A DNA stretch of 64,000 nucleotides, taken from NCBI GenBank assembly GCA_963743195.1, contig CAVUOO010000001.1, positions 289,630 through 353,629 on the forward strand. Direction: 5' to 3'. Shown here piece by piece: positions 18,497 through 28,209 of this stretch. Each line of letters starts with the position of its first letter. The stretch's first letter is position 1. The notes under the pieces were generated by a model that was not told where the DNA came from, ran no database searches, and saw only the letters and a program-made list of their open reading frames with translations. A program made the position numbers and the translations under genes. The DNA is from an uncultured Gemmatimonadales bacterium. Its GTDB lineage: Bacteria; Gemmatimonadota; Gemmatimonadetes; Gemmatimonadales; GWC2-71-9.

Positions 18497-21391
18497 TTAT
18501 GGATTGATGAGGAAGCCGCTGCTGGTATCCGAAGAAAGACCGGATGAGGAGGCGGTCAGGGTGTAGGAGAAGATACTCGACTCGCTCACCGTGAGGTCCG
18601 AGAACGTCGCCTGTCCGCCGGAGGAGGCGACGTCAACGGTCCCACCGAGCGTGGCGGTGCTGAACAGCGGCAGGTTGAGATCGAGGTGCACCGTGGCGTC
18701 GGCGGGGTTCCCGAAGGCGTCGGTCACGCTGACGACGACGGGAGGAGAGATCACCGTATTCACGGTGGTCGAGGTGGGTTGCTGGGTGAAGGTCAGCCTG
18801 CTCGCCGCACCGGCCGTTACCGTGATGCTGCTCGACGTGGCCCCGGTGAGCGAGCCGTTGTCGAAGCTCAGGGTGTAAGAACCTGCCAGGTCGTCGATCG
18901 AGAGCCCGCTGAACGTCGCTACGCCGTTCCCGTCTGTGGTGGCAGTCGCGTTGGACAACGCGGAGCCGGGGCCAGAGGCAACGCTTGCGGTGATCACCCT
19001 GCCGGACGTCGGCGAATTATTCCCGCCGGCGTCCTTGAGCTGCACCACGGGCTGCGTGGCGAAGGCTACCCCTGCCTGCGCGCTGCTCGACGGTTGCGTC
19101 ACGATAACGATTTGGGTCGGCGGCCCGGCCGTCGCGGACGCGGTGAAGGTTACCGGGTTGCCGGAGACTCCCGATCCCGAGACGGTCGCCGTGAGGGTGT
19201 TGTTGTTGGTCCCCACGGTCGACCCGAGTGTCCACGAGCCGACTGTAGCGATGCCCGCCCCGTTCGTACTCGGTGTCGCGCCGCTGACGCTCCCGCCGCC
19301 AGAGGCCACCGCGAATGTCACCTGAACGCCCGAGACAGGATTTCCACCGGCGTCTTTCACAATGACAGAGGGCTTGGTGCCCACCGCAGTGTTGATCGCG
19401 GCGCTCTGGCCATCACCCGCGTTGACCGCGATGCTGGCAGGCGGCCCGGCGGTGACATTGACCGAGGCGTTGTCGGCGACCGTCGTCGCCATTGACCGTC
19501 GCGGTGATCGTATGTGACCCGAGCGAGGTCGAGCTGAACAAGCCGGTGGTCTGACCGTTTCCGTCGGTCAGGCCGCACCGGGCTGCGTGAGCGTGTTTCC
19601 GCTTCCGCTCGCCTGCAGCGTGACGGTGACCCCGGAGACCGGGTTACCACCGGCGTCCTTGGCCGTGACCGTGATCGTCGACGCTTCCCCTACCCCAACG
19701 CTGGTCGGACTCGCCGTCTACCAGGGACGTCGCGGCGCTCGGCGCGCCCGCGGTGACCGCAATCGTATTGGAGGTTGCCGCGGTCAGCGCCCCGCTGCGG
19801 AACCGAATCGTGTAGCTGCCGACCGGGCCGGTGATGTTGAGGTCGGTGTACACGGCCTGGCCATTGGCGTCAGTGTCCTTGGTCCGATCGCCGTTCAGGC
19901 TGCCGCCCGCCGGCGAGTTGATCAGATCGGCCGTGATCGTCCGTCCCGCGGGTCCCGACATTGTTGCCCGCAACGTCTTGTACCTGCACCACCGGTTGGG
20001 TCGTGAGAACGCGCACCGTTGGCGACTGGGCTGCTCGGCTGAGTGGTTACGATGATCTTCGCGGCCGGACCCACGGTGGCCGTGCTCGTGAACGTGATCG
20101 GTGTGCCGGTGAGCCCAGGAACATCCGCGGTCGTCGTGTACGTACCCGGGGTGAGACCGAGCGTCCGCGTGACCTGCGCAATGCCCTGTGCGTTGGTCGC
20201 CGAGGTGGGAGATGACACCGTGCCGCCGCCAATGGCGGTCCACGATACCGAGACGTTCTGGACCGGGTTGTCGTTCGCGTCGGTGACTTTCACCGCCAGC
20301 GGACTCGGCAGATCCTGACCGCCGATTGCCGACTGATTGTTGCCGCTCTGGAGCACGATCTTGCTCGGGACATCGGCGGATGCCGTTGCCCCGAAACGAA
20401 CCGGCGTGAGCCCCGAGACGACGGCCGTCAGGCTGTCATTCCCCGCGGTGGATCCCAGCGTCCACCGGGTGCTCGCGAACCCGGTCGGATCCGTCGTGCT
20501 GTTCTGAGGACTGGCGGTTCCACTACCCGCGTCCGGCAGCCAGGTGACGGCTACCCCACCTACCCCATTGCCGTTGGCGTCGGCGACCTTGACCACGAGA
20601 TCTTGGGCGACCTGGAATCCGGCGGGTGCCGTCTGCCCGCTACCCGATACGACCGTCAGCGTCGTGGGATTGGAGGCGAGCGCGGTATGGATGAAGGTGA
20701 CCGGTGAGCCGGCAAGCCCATCGGCGGCGGCCTGCGCCGATTGCTGGCCGCTGGTGGGGCCGAGCACGCGAGCGGTGGCAGCGCGCCCATCGGCGCCGGT
20801 CACGACTGTCTCGGGGCTCACCGATCCACCACCCACCGCCGTCCACTGGACCGTAATGCCGCTGACCGGATTGTTGCTGCCATCGCTCACCTTGACGACG
20901 AGAGAATCGGCAAGGGCCGAGTTCACTGCCGCACTCTGGTCATTTCCGCTGACTGCTGCGATGAGCGAGCCCGAGCCGGCGACCGCCGTGGCGCCGAACG
21001 CGACGACGAGGTTGTCAGGGGCGCCGCCGCCGACGGCCTGAGCCTGCACCTGCTGCGGGCCGGCATTCGGCCCGAGCGTCCACGTCGCTGAGGCACGTCC
21101 GTCCGAGCCGGTAGCCGAGCTGCCGGGCGCAACCTGTCCCCCACCACTCTCGACCGTGAACGTGACGTTCTGGTTGACGACGGCGCGGCCGAGCTCGTCC
21201 GTAACCTTGACCACCAGTGGAAGGGGAAGCGCGGATCCGACGATGCCGGCCTGCGCGTCGCCTGTCACCATCTCGATTTTTGTAGGGGTGGCGTCTCCCG
21301 GAAGCGTCAGCTTATCGCCCCCGCAGCCGAACACACCGGCGGCCAGGGCGATCGCCATGAACCGAGCGAGCCTGCGGGGAGGATGGGTCAC
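18497..21391 (-). pseudogene. Ig-like repeat lipoprotein gene, paralog of 21570-25025, interrupted by about 5 frameshifts
   Basis: Three ORF pieces (19922-21391, 19644-20243, 18497-19492) plus two short stretches in other frames join into one paralog-like protein. N-terminus MTHPPRRLARFMAIALAAGVFGCGGDKLTLP. Frame changes at about 20011, 19950, 19715, 19575 and 19490. Confidence 0.7.
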
Positions 21392-21569
21392 TGGTGGTCA
21401 GCCACAAGCAGATTACATGCCTGGGCGAGCAATATCATCAATGGGCTAATCGCTTACGGGAAAACCACTTGTTATAGCTGAAGCGGGGACTGTTGCGTCC
21501 CAGCCACAACATAAACGACCCACCCCATGACCGGAAGTGGACGGTCCGGATCCCCCCGCACGTAATGGT

Positions 21570-24500
21570 TCAAGGTGTGACGATGAAGCCGTTGCTCGTG
21601 ACGGAGAGACTGCCGAGCGAAGCGGTCAGCTGGTACGCGAGGAGGGCCGGGGAAGAAACGCTGAGGTCGGTGAAGGTGGCGATCCCCACAAACGCAGTCA
21701 CCGACGTCGTGCCGCTCAGCGTTCCCGAAGCAAGCAGCGGTACGACGAGAGACATCTCGACCTGTCCAGCGGTCAGGTTTCCGAACTGATCCCGGACGGC
21801 CACGATCACCGGTGGGTTGATGGTCTGCCCTGCTTGAGTGGTGGTCGGCCCCTGGACGAAACTGAGCGAAGCCGGCGGCCCGGCCTGGACCGAGACCGTC
21901 GGGGTGTCATCGATCGCCACGCCATTGATCGTCGCGCTGATCACATGGTCGCCGGCCTCAGTCGACGTGAACGTCGCGGTCGTCACGCCGTTCGCATTGG
22001 TTGCCGCCGGTGCGCTCACCGTATTTCCCCCACCAGAGACCGACAGCGAAACGGAGGCACCTGGAATCGGGTTGCCCGCAGCATCGCGCGCGGTAACCGT
22101 CACGGTAGAGGGACCGCCTCCAGCGGGGATCGAACCGGGTGCCGCACTGAGGCTGGACCGGCTCGCGCTTACCGGGCCGGGGGTCACGGTGATGACCGAA
22201 TTGTCGGTGATCTCCACACCGTTGACCTTTGCCGTGACCGTGTGCGCGCCCAGGCTGGTGGATGAGAACGTGCCGGTCGCGATACCGCTTCCATTGGTCG
22301 ATCCCGGCTGGCCCAGGTTGTTGTTCGAGCCGGTCGCGGCGAGGACGACGCTCGCACCCTGAATGGGATTGCCCCCGACGTCCCGCGCCGTCACTGTGAC
22401 AGTGGAATTCTGTCCCACGGGAATGGAGTTGGGATTCGCGTTGACCGTCGACTTGCCGGCATTGACGGGTCCCACCGTGAGGGAGATCGCGGTGGATGTG
22501 GCCGCGGTGAGTGACCCGCTGGTAAAGCGCAGCGTATAGCTCCCCACCGGCCCGACGATAGCGAGGTTGTTGAAGGTCGCCGACCCGTTTCCGTCCGTCA
22601 CTCGTGTAGCATCGCCGTTGAGAGTCGCCCCGGCTGGCGAGCTCACGAGAGCAACCGTGATCGAGCGTCCGGCGATCTTCACATCGTTGCCAAGCGCGTC
22701 CTGGAGCTTCACCACCGGTGGCGGAGAAAGCTGTGCGCCGTCCTGCACCGTGCCGCCGGGTTGGGTCGCTATCACGAGCTTGGCGGGGGCACCGACCGTG
22801 ACGGTTACTGATGCAACGTCGGTGATCGAGGTTCCGTTGATCTTGGCACTGATCGTATGGGGACCGAGGCTCGTCGAGGAGAAGGTCCCGGTGGCGACGC
22901 CGCTCGAGTTGGTAGCCCCTGGCTGGCCGATCGTGTTGCCGGAGCCGTCCGCGGTCAGCTGCACTGTCGCGCCCTGTATCGGATTCCCGGCCGCGTCGCG
23001 CGCCGTGACCGTGATCGTGGAGGGCGCACCGGCGCCGATCGACGCCGGGCTTGCATCGACGCTCGATTGACTCGCACTGACAGGACCGGCCGTGACGGTT
23101 ACCGTCGCCTTGCCGGTCACGGCGGTGCCGTTGATCGTGGCGGAGACGGTGTGCGCACCGATGTTGGTGGACGAGAACGTTCCCGTCGCGACGCCGCTCG
23201 CATCGGTGGCTCCCGTCGGCTGAGTGAGCGTGTTTCCAGTCCCGGTAGCACTCAGCACGACCGTCGCGCCGGAAACAGGATTGCCGCTCGCGTCGCGAGC
23301 GGTCACCGTGATGGTGGACGGCACGCCCGAGGCCACCGTATTGGGATTTGCGTTCACGGTGGAGCGGCCGCCGCTCACGCTTCCCGCGGTGACGGTCACC
23401 TGAGTCGAGTTTGCCTCGGTCAGCCCGCCACTCGTAAACCGAAGGGTGTAGGCCTGCGCCGGACCCGAAATGCGAAGATCGGTAAATGCCGCGGCCCCAC
23501 CAGCATCCGTTTCCTTCGTCACATCGCCACCCAGGGCTGCGCCCGCAGGCGGCGACACGAGCGCGGCAGTAATCGTCCGACCGGCCGATCCGATGTTGTT
23601 CCCGAGTGCGTCCTGCAGCTGCACCGTCGGTTGCGGCGACAGGACGGCCCCGCTCTGGGCGGGGGTGCCCGGCTGGGTGACGATCACGATCTTCGCTGCC
23701 TGGCCGGCCCTGGCAGTGCTCGTGAAGGTCACCGGCGGTCCGGCCAGTTGTGCGACGACGGCCGTCGTCGTGTACGTGCCCGGGGTCGACCCGAGCGTCC
23801 GGGTAATGCGGGCGATGCCGTCGGCATCGGTGGCGGATGTCGGCGAAGATACGGAACCACCGCCGTTCGCGGTCCACGTAACCGACACGTTCTCGATGGG
23901 ATTGTTGTTCGCGTCCGTGACCTTGACCGCGAGCGGATTGGCCAGCGCCTGTCCCACGACCCCCGCCTGATTGTCCCCAGTCTCCAACGCCAGCTTGCCC
24001 GGCACATCGGCCGACCCATGGGCGGTGAACTGGACCGGCGGGAGACCGGAGAAGACCGCGTTGAGTGTGTTCGTGCCGGCCGCGGTTCCGAGGGTCCACC
24101 TCGTCCGCGCGAAGCCCTGCGGATCGGTCGTGCTGTTGATCGGAGTTACGGTTCCACTGCCCGCGAGCGCCAGCCAGGTCACCGCTCTTCCTCCGATTCC
24201 ATTTCCGTCGGAGTCCTTCAACTGGACGACGAGATCCTCCGAGACCTCGAACCCGGCAGGGGCGGTCTGGTTGTCCCCCGACACTTGAACCAGCGACGCG
24301 GGTGCGGAGGCAAGCGCTGTATGGACGAAAGTGACGGGTGAACCGGATAGACCATCAGCAGCGGCTTGCGCAGACTGTTGCCCGGCTCCCGGCCCGAGGA
24401 CGCGTTCCGCCGCGGCGCGCCCGTCGGATCCGGTGACCACGGTCTCGGGGCTGATCGAGCCCCCGCCCTGAACCGTCCAGATGACCGTGATTCCACTCAC

Positions 24501-25025
24501 GGGATTTCCGCCTGCATCGCTGGCAAGAACGACCAATGATTCCGGCAGCACCGAGTTGACCGCGGCGAACTGATCGTTCCCGCCCTCCGCAGTCAGCAGG
24601 GAGCCTGTCCCAGCGACGGCGGTGGCGGTAAAGACCACCGTAAGGTTGTCCGGCGCGCCACCGCCAACCGCACGAGCCTCGACCTGCTGGCTGCCCGCGG
24701 AGGCACCGAGCGTCCATGTGGTCGAGGCCCTGCCTCCGCTATCGGTCGAAAGCGTGGCCGGAGTGACGTGACCTTCGCCGGACTGGACGGTGAACTGGAC
24801 CGGCTGGCCGCGAACCGGCCGGCCGAGGTTGTCGGTGACCTTTGCGACGAGAGGCAAGGACAGATCGGTGCCCGCGATTCCGGCCTGTGCGTCGCCGGTG
24901 ACGATGTCGATATGGGTGGGACGGGCGTCGTCGGGCACGGTGAGATCTGCGCCCCCGCACGCGGAGAGCGTGATCGACACGACCATTGCCAGACTGCGGA
25001 TGACGCGGTGCCGGAGCAGGATCAC
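21570..25025 (-). CDS. Giant Ig-like repeat surface lipoprotein, 1151 aa
   Basis: Lipobox VSITLSACGGADLTVP. At least 11 tandem Ig-like modules, e.g. repeated STITVTARDA.GNP..GA.V.L.A.G.GNT..QP......GVATGTFSST..G.HT.SA..NG. Confidence 0.9.
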   Translation of the reverse strand: MILLRHRVIRSLAMVVSITLSACGGADLTVPDDARPTHIDIVTGDAQAGIAGTDLSLPLVAKVTDNLGRPVRGQPVQFTVQSGEGHVTPATLSTDSGGRASTTWTLGASAGSQQVEARAVGGGAPDNLTVVFTATAVAGTGSLLTAEGGNDQFAAVNSVLPESLVVLASDAGGNPVSGITVIWTVQGGGSISPETVVTGSDGRAAAERVLGPGAGQQSAQAAADGLSGSPVTFVHTALASAPASLVQVSGDNQTAPAGFEVSEDLVVQLKDSDGNGIGGRAVTWLALAGSGTVTPINSTTDPQGFARTRWTLGTAAGTNTLNAVFSGLPPVQFTAHGSADVPGKLALETGDNQAGVVGQALANPLAVKVTDANNNPIENVSVTWTANGGGSVSSPTSATDADGIARITRTLGSTPGTYTTTAVVAQLAGPPVTFTSTARAGQAAKIVIVTQPGTPAQSGAVLSPQPTVQLQDALGNNIGSAGRTITAALVSPPAGAALGGDVTKETDAGGAAAFTDLRISGPAQAYTLRFTSGGLTEANSTQVTVTAGSVSGGRSTVNANPNTVASGVPSTITVTARDASGNPVSGATVVLSATGTGNTLTQPTGATDASGVATGTFSSTNIGAHTVSATINGTAVTGKATVTVTAGPVSASQSSVDASPASIGAGAPSTITVTARDAAGNPIQGATVQLTADGSGNTIGQPGATNSSGVATGTFSSTSLGPHTISAKINGTSITDVASVTVTVGAPAKLVIATQPGGTVQDGAQLSPPPVVKLQDALGNDVKIAGRSITVALVSSPAGATLNGDATRVTDGNGSATFNNLAIVGPVGSYTLRFTSGSLTAATSTAISLTVGPVNAGKSTVNANPNSIPVGQNSTVTVTARDVGGNPIQGASVVLAATGSNNNLGQPGSTNGSGIATGTFSSTSLGAHTVTAKVNGVEITDNSVITVTPGPVSASRSSLSAAPGSIPAGGGPSTVTVTARDAAGNPIPGASVSLSVSGGGNTVSAPAATNANGVTTATFTSTEAGDHVISATINGVAIDDTPTVSVQAGPPASLSFVQGPTTTQAGQTINPPVIVAVRDQFGNLTAGQVEMSLVVPLLASGTLSGTTSVTAFVGIATFTDLSVSSPALLAYQLTASLGSLSVTSNGFIVTP

Positions 25026-25076
25026 GGGAAAACGATTTGGGCTGGAAGGGGATTCTCCAGCCCAAGATTAATCCGG

Positions 25077-25682
25077 TTACCTGCCCGACTGGAAGAGGAC
25101 GCCAATGCCGAGGTTCACCAAACGCTCCCGATAGCGATCGCCACCCCGGCCGGTGTAGGTCTGGCCGACGAGATCGACCGCTGGATTGATATACAGTTTC
25201 CGCCCTACCCGGACCTCCCACCCGGCGCCGATCAGCCCGGCGAATCCGGTATCTCCGACTCCGAATCCGTCGTTGAAGTCGACCTCGTTTCGGCCGAGCC
25301 CGGCGCCGCCCTTGAGATAGAGCCCCGATGAGGCGATGGGGTAGAGCTGCGCGATGAAGAGGAAGCTCGAGAGTGTCGCGGTCCGGTCGCCCTGGTCGTC
25401 TATCCACGCCAATGCCTCGCCGCCCAGGCGAAGATTCTGGCCGACGGTTCCGCCGAGCCGGAGAGAGACGGTGGGGCGGTAGAGCTCGCTGTTGTACCCT
25501 GCCCCGTCCCGCAGATCGAAGGACTCGCCACCGGCACCGACCCCGAGCGCCCCCCAGAATCCCGACCTGGTCCCCTCATGAACCTCGACCAGTCCCCGCG
25601 GAGTGGTTTGAGCGCGGGCGGTCACGATAGTGGCACAGACGAGAACCGCCAGCACCGGAAGGCACCTCGAGACGGTCGGCAT
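25077..25682 (-). CDS. Small outer-membrane beta-barrel protein (OmpW/OmpX-size)
   Basis: Start moved to the ATG at 25682 (GAGGGGG upstream) with signal peptide MPTVSRCLPVLAVLVCATIVTARAQT. Alternating Gly/aromatic strands and C-terminal ...GIGVLFQSGR. It lies immediately upstream of the Ig-like array. Confidence 0.6.
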   Translation of the reverse strand: MPTVSRCLPVLAVLVCATIVTARAQTTPRGLVEVHEGTRSGFWGALGVGAGGESFDLRDGAGYNSELYRPTVSLRLGGTVGQNLRLGGEALAWIDDQGDRTATLSSFLFIAQLYPIASSGLYLKGGAGLGRNEVDFNDGFGVGDTGFAGLIGAGWEVRVGRKLYINPAVDLVGQTYTGRGGDRYRERLVNLGIGVLFQSGR

Positions 25683-25850
25683 ATGCCCCCTCGCCGGAAT
25701 TATGTTGTGTTCTTCGATGGTCATGGTCAGTCCAGTGTCAGGCAAAGTCCGGACCGCGCCGATCGTGGAAGACATCCGCTTGAGGGAGCAGCGCTTAGCA
25801 TGCGCGCCCATGCATCCCCCGGATTCTTCCGTCCTCTTGATTGCACACCG

Positions 25851-26564
25851 ATGTCACCGACCAGACGCCGTATTCTCATGGGAATCTGCCTGCTCGCCGC
25901 GGCGGGCTTCGTTCGCCTCGGTATCTGGCAGCTTCATCGTCTCCGGGAGCGGCGGGCGAGCAACCGCGTCGTGCTCGCCGCGCGCGAGGCACCTGTCGTC
26001 ACGCTCGCGGGCAATATTCTCAGCTCAGCCGATTCCCTGGTCGGGAGGAGGGTGCTGGCCCGGGGACGATACGATGACGCCCATGATATCGTCCTTCGCG
26101 GGGAAGCGCTCCAGGGTATCCCCGGGGTGATCGTAGCGACACCGCTCAGACTCGAGGGCAGCGATACCGCGGTGCTGGTCGAGCGTGGGTTCGTTCCCAC
26201 GCCCGATGCCGTGACGATCGACGCGAGTGCCTTGGCAGAGCGAGGACAGGTAGTGGTGACTGGACTGGCGAAGCGGCTGGATTCGGGTAGGGGCAGGCCG
26301 TTGGAGCGCGGGGGAGGGACGACCTGGGCACGGCTCGACGCCGCTGCCCTCCGCAATACCTTGCCCTATCCGATTCTATCGATCTCGATCAGACAGTTAC
26401 CGGACTCGTCGCTTCCTTCATTCCCCCGCCGGCTCGATCCGCCATCCATCGACGAAGGCCCCCACTTGAGCTACGCGCTCCAGTGGTTCCTGTTCGCGAC
26501 CCTCGCCGTTGCGTTTGCCTTCCTTGTTATCGGACGGCGTCCCGACTCACGACGTGGGCCGTGA
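25851..26564 (+). CDS. SURF1-family cytochrome oxidase assembly protein
   Basis: ATG at 25851 gives MSPTRRRILMGICLLAAAGFVRLGIWQLHRLRERR. A C-terminal second TM follows HLSYALQWFLFATLAV, the classic SURF1 ends. Confidence 0.8.
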   Translation: MSPTRRRILMGICLLAAAGFVRLGIWQLHRLRERRASNRVVLAAREAPVVTLAGNILSSADSLVGRRVLARGRYDDAHDIVLRGEALQGIPGVIVATPLRLEGSDTAVLVERGFVPTPDAVTIDASALAERGQVVVTGLAKRLDSGRGRPLERGGGTTWARLDAAALRNTLPYPILSISIRQLPDSSLPSFPRRLDPPSIDEGPHLSYALQWFLFATLAVAFAFLVIGRRPDSRRGP

Positions 26565-27846
26565 CGCTCCGTCCATCTCCTGAATCGTCCGGGTAGAAGG
26601 CTGGCGGGCGGCCTGGAGCTTTGCCGCCGTCGCTTCCACCTGACGGAACGCGCGCAGGAGGTTCTGTCCGGCGAGCTTCTTGAGGTCGGCGTCACTCCAG
26701 CCCCGGCGAATCAGCTCGGCGAAGAGTTTCGGAAAGCTGGCCACGTCCTCGAGTCCGACCGGCACGTTCGTGGTCCCGTCGAAATCGCTGCCGATTCCAA
26801 CATGATCGATCCCCGCCACGTCACGAACGTGCTCGATGTGGTCGGCCACCTGTGACAGCGTGGCGGGGGGCCGCGGGTGCGCTGCTTCCCAGTCGTCGCG
26901 GCGCTTCCTGCGTTCAACGGTGTCGGCGACGGTGGAGTCGATCTGCTTCCCCACTTGCTCCTGCTCCTGCTCCCATGCCGCGACCTCGGTCGAGACGAAT
27001 GCCGGCACGAACGTGACCATGACCACGCCACCGTTCTTCGGCCAGGCGGGCGAGGATCGAATCGGGCACGTTGCGTGGATGGTCGACCAGCGCCCGGGCT
27101 GACGAGTGCGAGAAGATCACCGGCGCTTCACTCACGTCGAGCGCATCGCTCATCGTGCCCGGCGAGACGTGGGACAGGTCAACCATCATTCCGAGGCGAT
27201 TCATCTCGCGCACGACTTCCTTCCCGAACTCGGTCAACCCGCCGTGGCGGGCGCTGTCGAGCGCCGCGTCGGCCCAGTCGAGCGTGACGTTGTGGGTCAG
27301 CGTCATGTACCGGGCACCCAGGGCGTAGTACGACCGCAAGGCACCGAGCGAGTTCTCGATCGCGTGACCGCCCTCCATGCCGAGCAACGAGGCGACCCGA
27401 CCCTTCTTGAAGTCGCGCTGGATGTCGTCCGCCGTCAGGGCAAGAGCGAGCCGGTCCGGGTACATCGCGATCATCCGGCGCGCGATGTCGAACTCCTCGA
27501 GCTGTACCCGGGCGAACCCACTGTCCTTGATCTCCCCCGGGATGTAGATCGACCAGAACTGGGCTCCCAGCTCGCCCTGGTTGAGCCGCGTCAGGTCGGT
27601 CTGTCCCGTAGTCTGGGCGCGAAGATCGTATGCCTTCACATCACGAGGCGCCGTCTTCGACTCTCGGATAGCCCAGGGGAGATCGTTGTGGCCATCGATG
27701 AGCGGTGTCTCTCGGAGAAGCTTCCGTGCGTGCGCGAGCATGGCGTCGGACGGTGTGGCCGAGGTTTGCGCGGTGCCGCGATTGGCGAATGACATGAAAA
27801 GAAGGAATAGGGGGAGCGAACGCAGGCTGGCAGTACGAGGAGACAC
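26547..27846 (-). pseudogene. Membrane (renal-type, M19) dipeptidase with one frameshift
   Basis: N-terminal frame carries LIDGHNDLPW, GMEGGH and DLSHVS. The C-terminal frame (ORF 26547-27026) carries VMVTFVPAFV ... GIDHVGIGSDFDG. Removing one base near 27035-27042 restores ...ARLAKNGGVVMVTFVP. Likely GTG start at 27846 gives VSPRTASLRSLPLFLLFMSFA. Confidence 0.8.
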
Positions 27847-27850
27847 CGGG

Positions 27851-28201
27851 TCATGCCTTTCGATGAATTTGGACCAGCTCCGGGTGCATGCTGAACTCGG
27901 GACAGATCGTGCGATCGTATTCGTACGGCCCACCGGTCTCAGCATCCGTCCACGGGAAACCCCGGCACACCGACGGATAGTACGACTCGGCGTGGATGCG
28001 ACAGACGTTGTCGTGGAGGAACACGCAACGGCCGCCACGCACGCGAGTCCGCCATTCCCCCCACCGGGTACGGTAGGCGACCGAGTCTCCGTGAGCTCGG
28101 ATGATGGCGAGGGCCTCCTGGTCACCGAGTGTGACTCCGTAGGCGCAGCAAGCTGATTGATGTGGGCACGGATAGCATGGCAGCGATGGAAAATCGCGCA
28201 T
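27851..28201 (-). CDS. YkgJ-family cysteine-cluster protein (putative Zn/Fe-chelating domain)
   Basis: 116 aa with CYPCPHQSACC, then CVFL and VCRIH cysteine motifs. It ends 4 nt upstream of the dipeptidase start. Confidence 0.7.
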   Translation of the reverse strand: MRDFPSLPCYPCPHQSACCAYGVTLGDQEALAIIRAHGDSVAYRTRWGEWRTRVRGGRCVFLHDNVCRIHAESYYPSVCRGFPWTDAETGGPYEYDRTICPEFSMHPELVQIHRKA

Positions 28202-28209
28202 GCGGCAAC

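Noticed and set aside
21392-21569. Intergenic region between Ig-like genes with a GGGAC...GTCCC hairpin, as a terminator or regulatory element
   Set aside because: The stem is only 5 bp with no U-tract on the relevant strand. That is insufficient evidence.
21958-24341. Long ORFs (713 aa minus-strand alternative frame; 494 aa plus strand) within the 1151-aa Ig-like gene
   Set aside because: They are alternative-frame or antisense readings of a highly repetitive GC-rich gene. Only the 21570-25025 frame gives lipobox and Ig-like modules.
25851-26564. SURF1 lying 30 kb from the oxidase genes, as a possible anomaly
   Set aside because: Assembly factors are often unlinked from cta genes, so this is not unusual enough to report as a finding.
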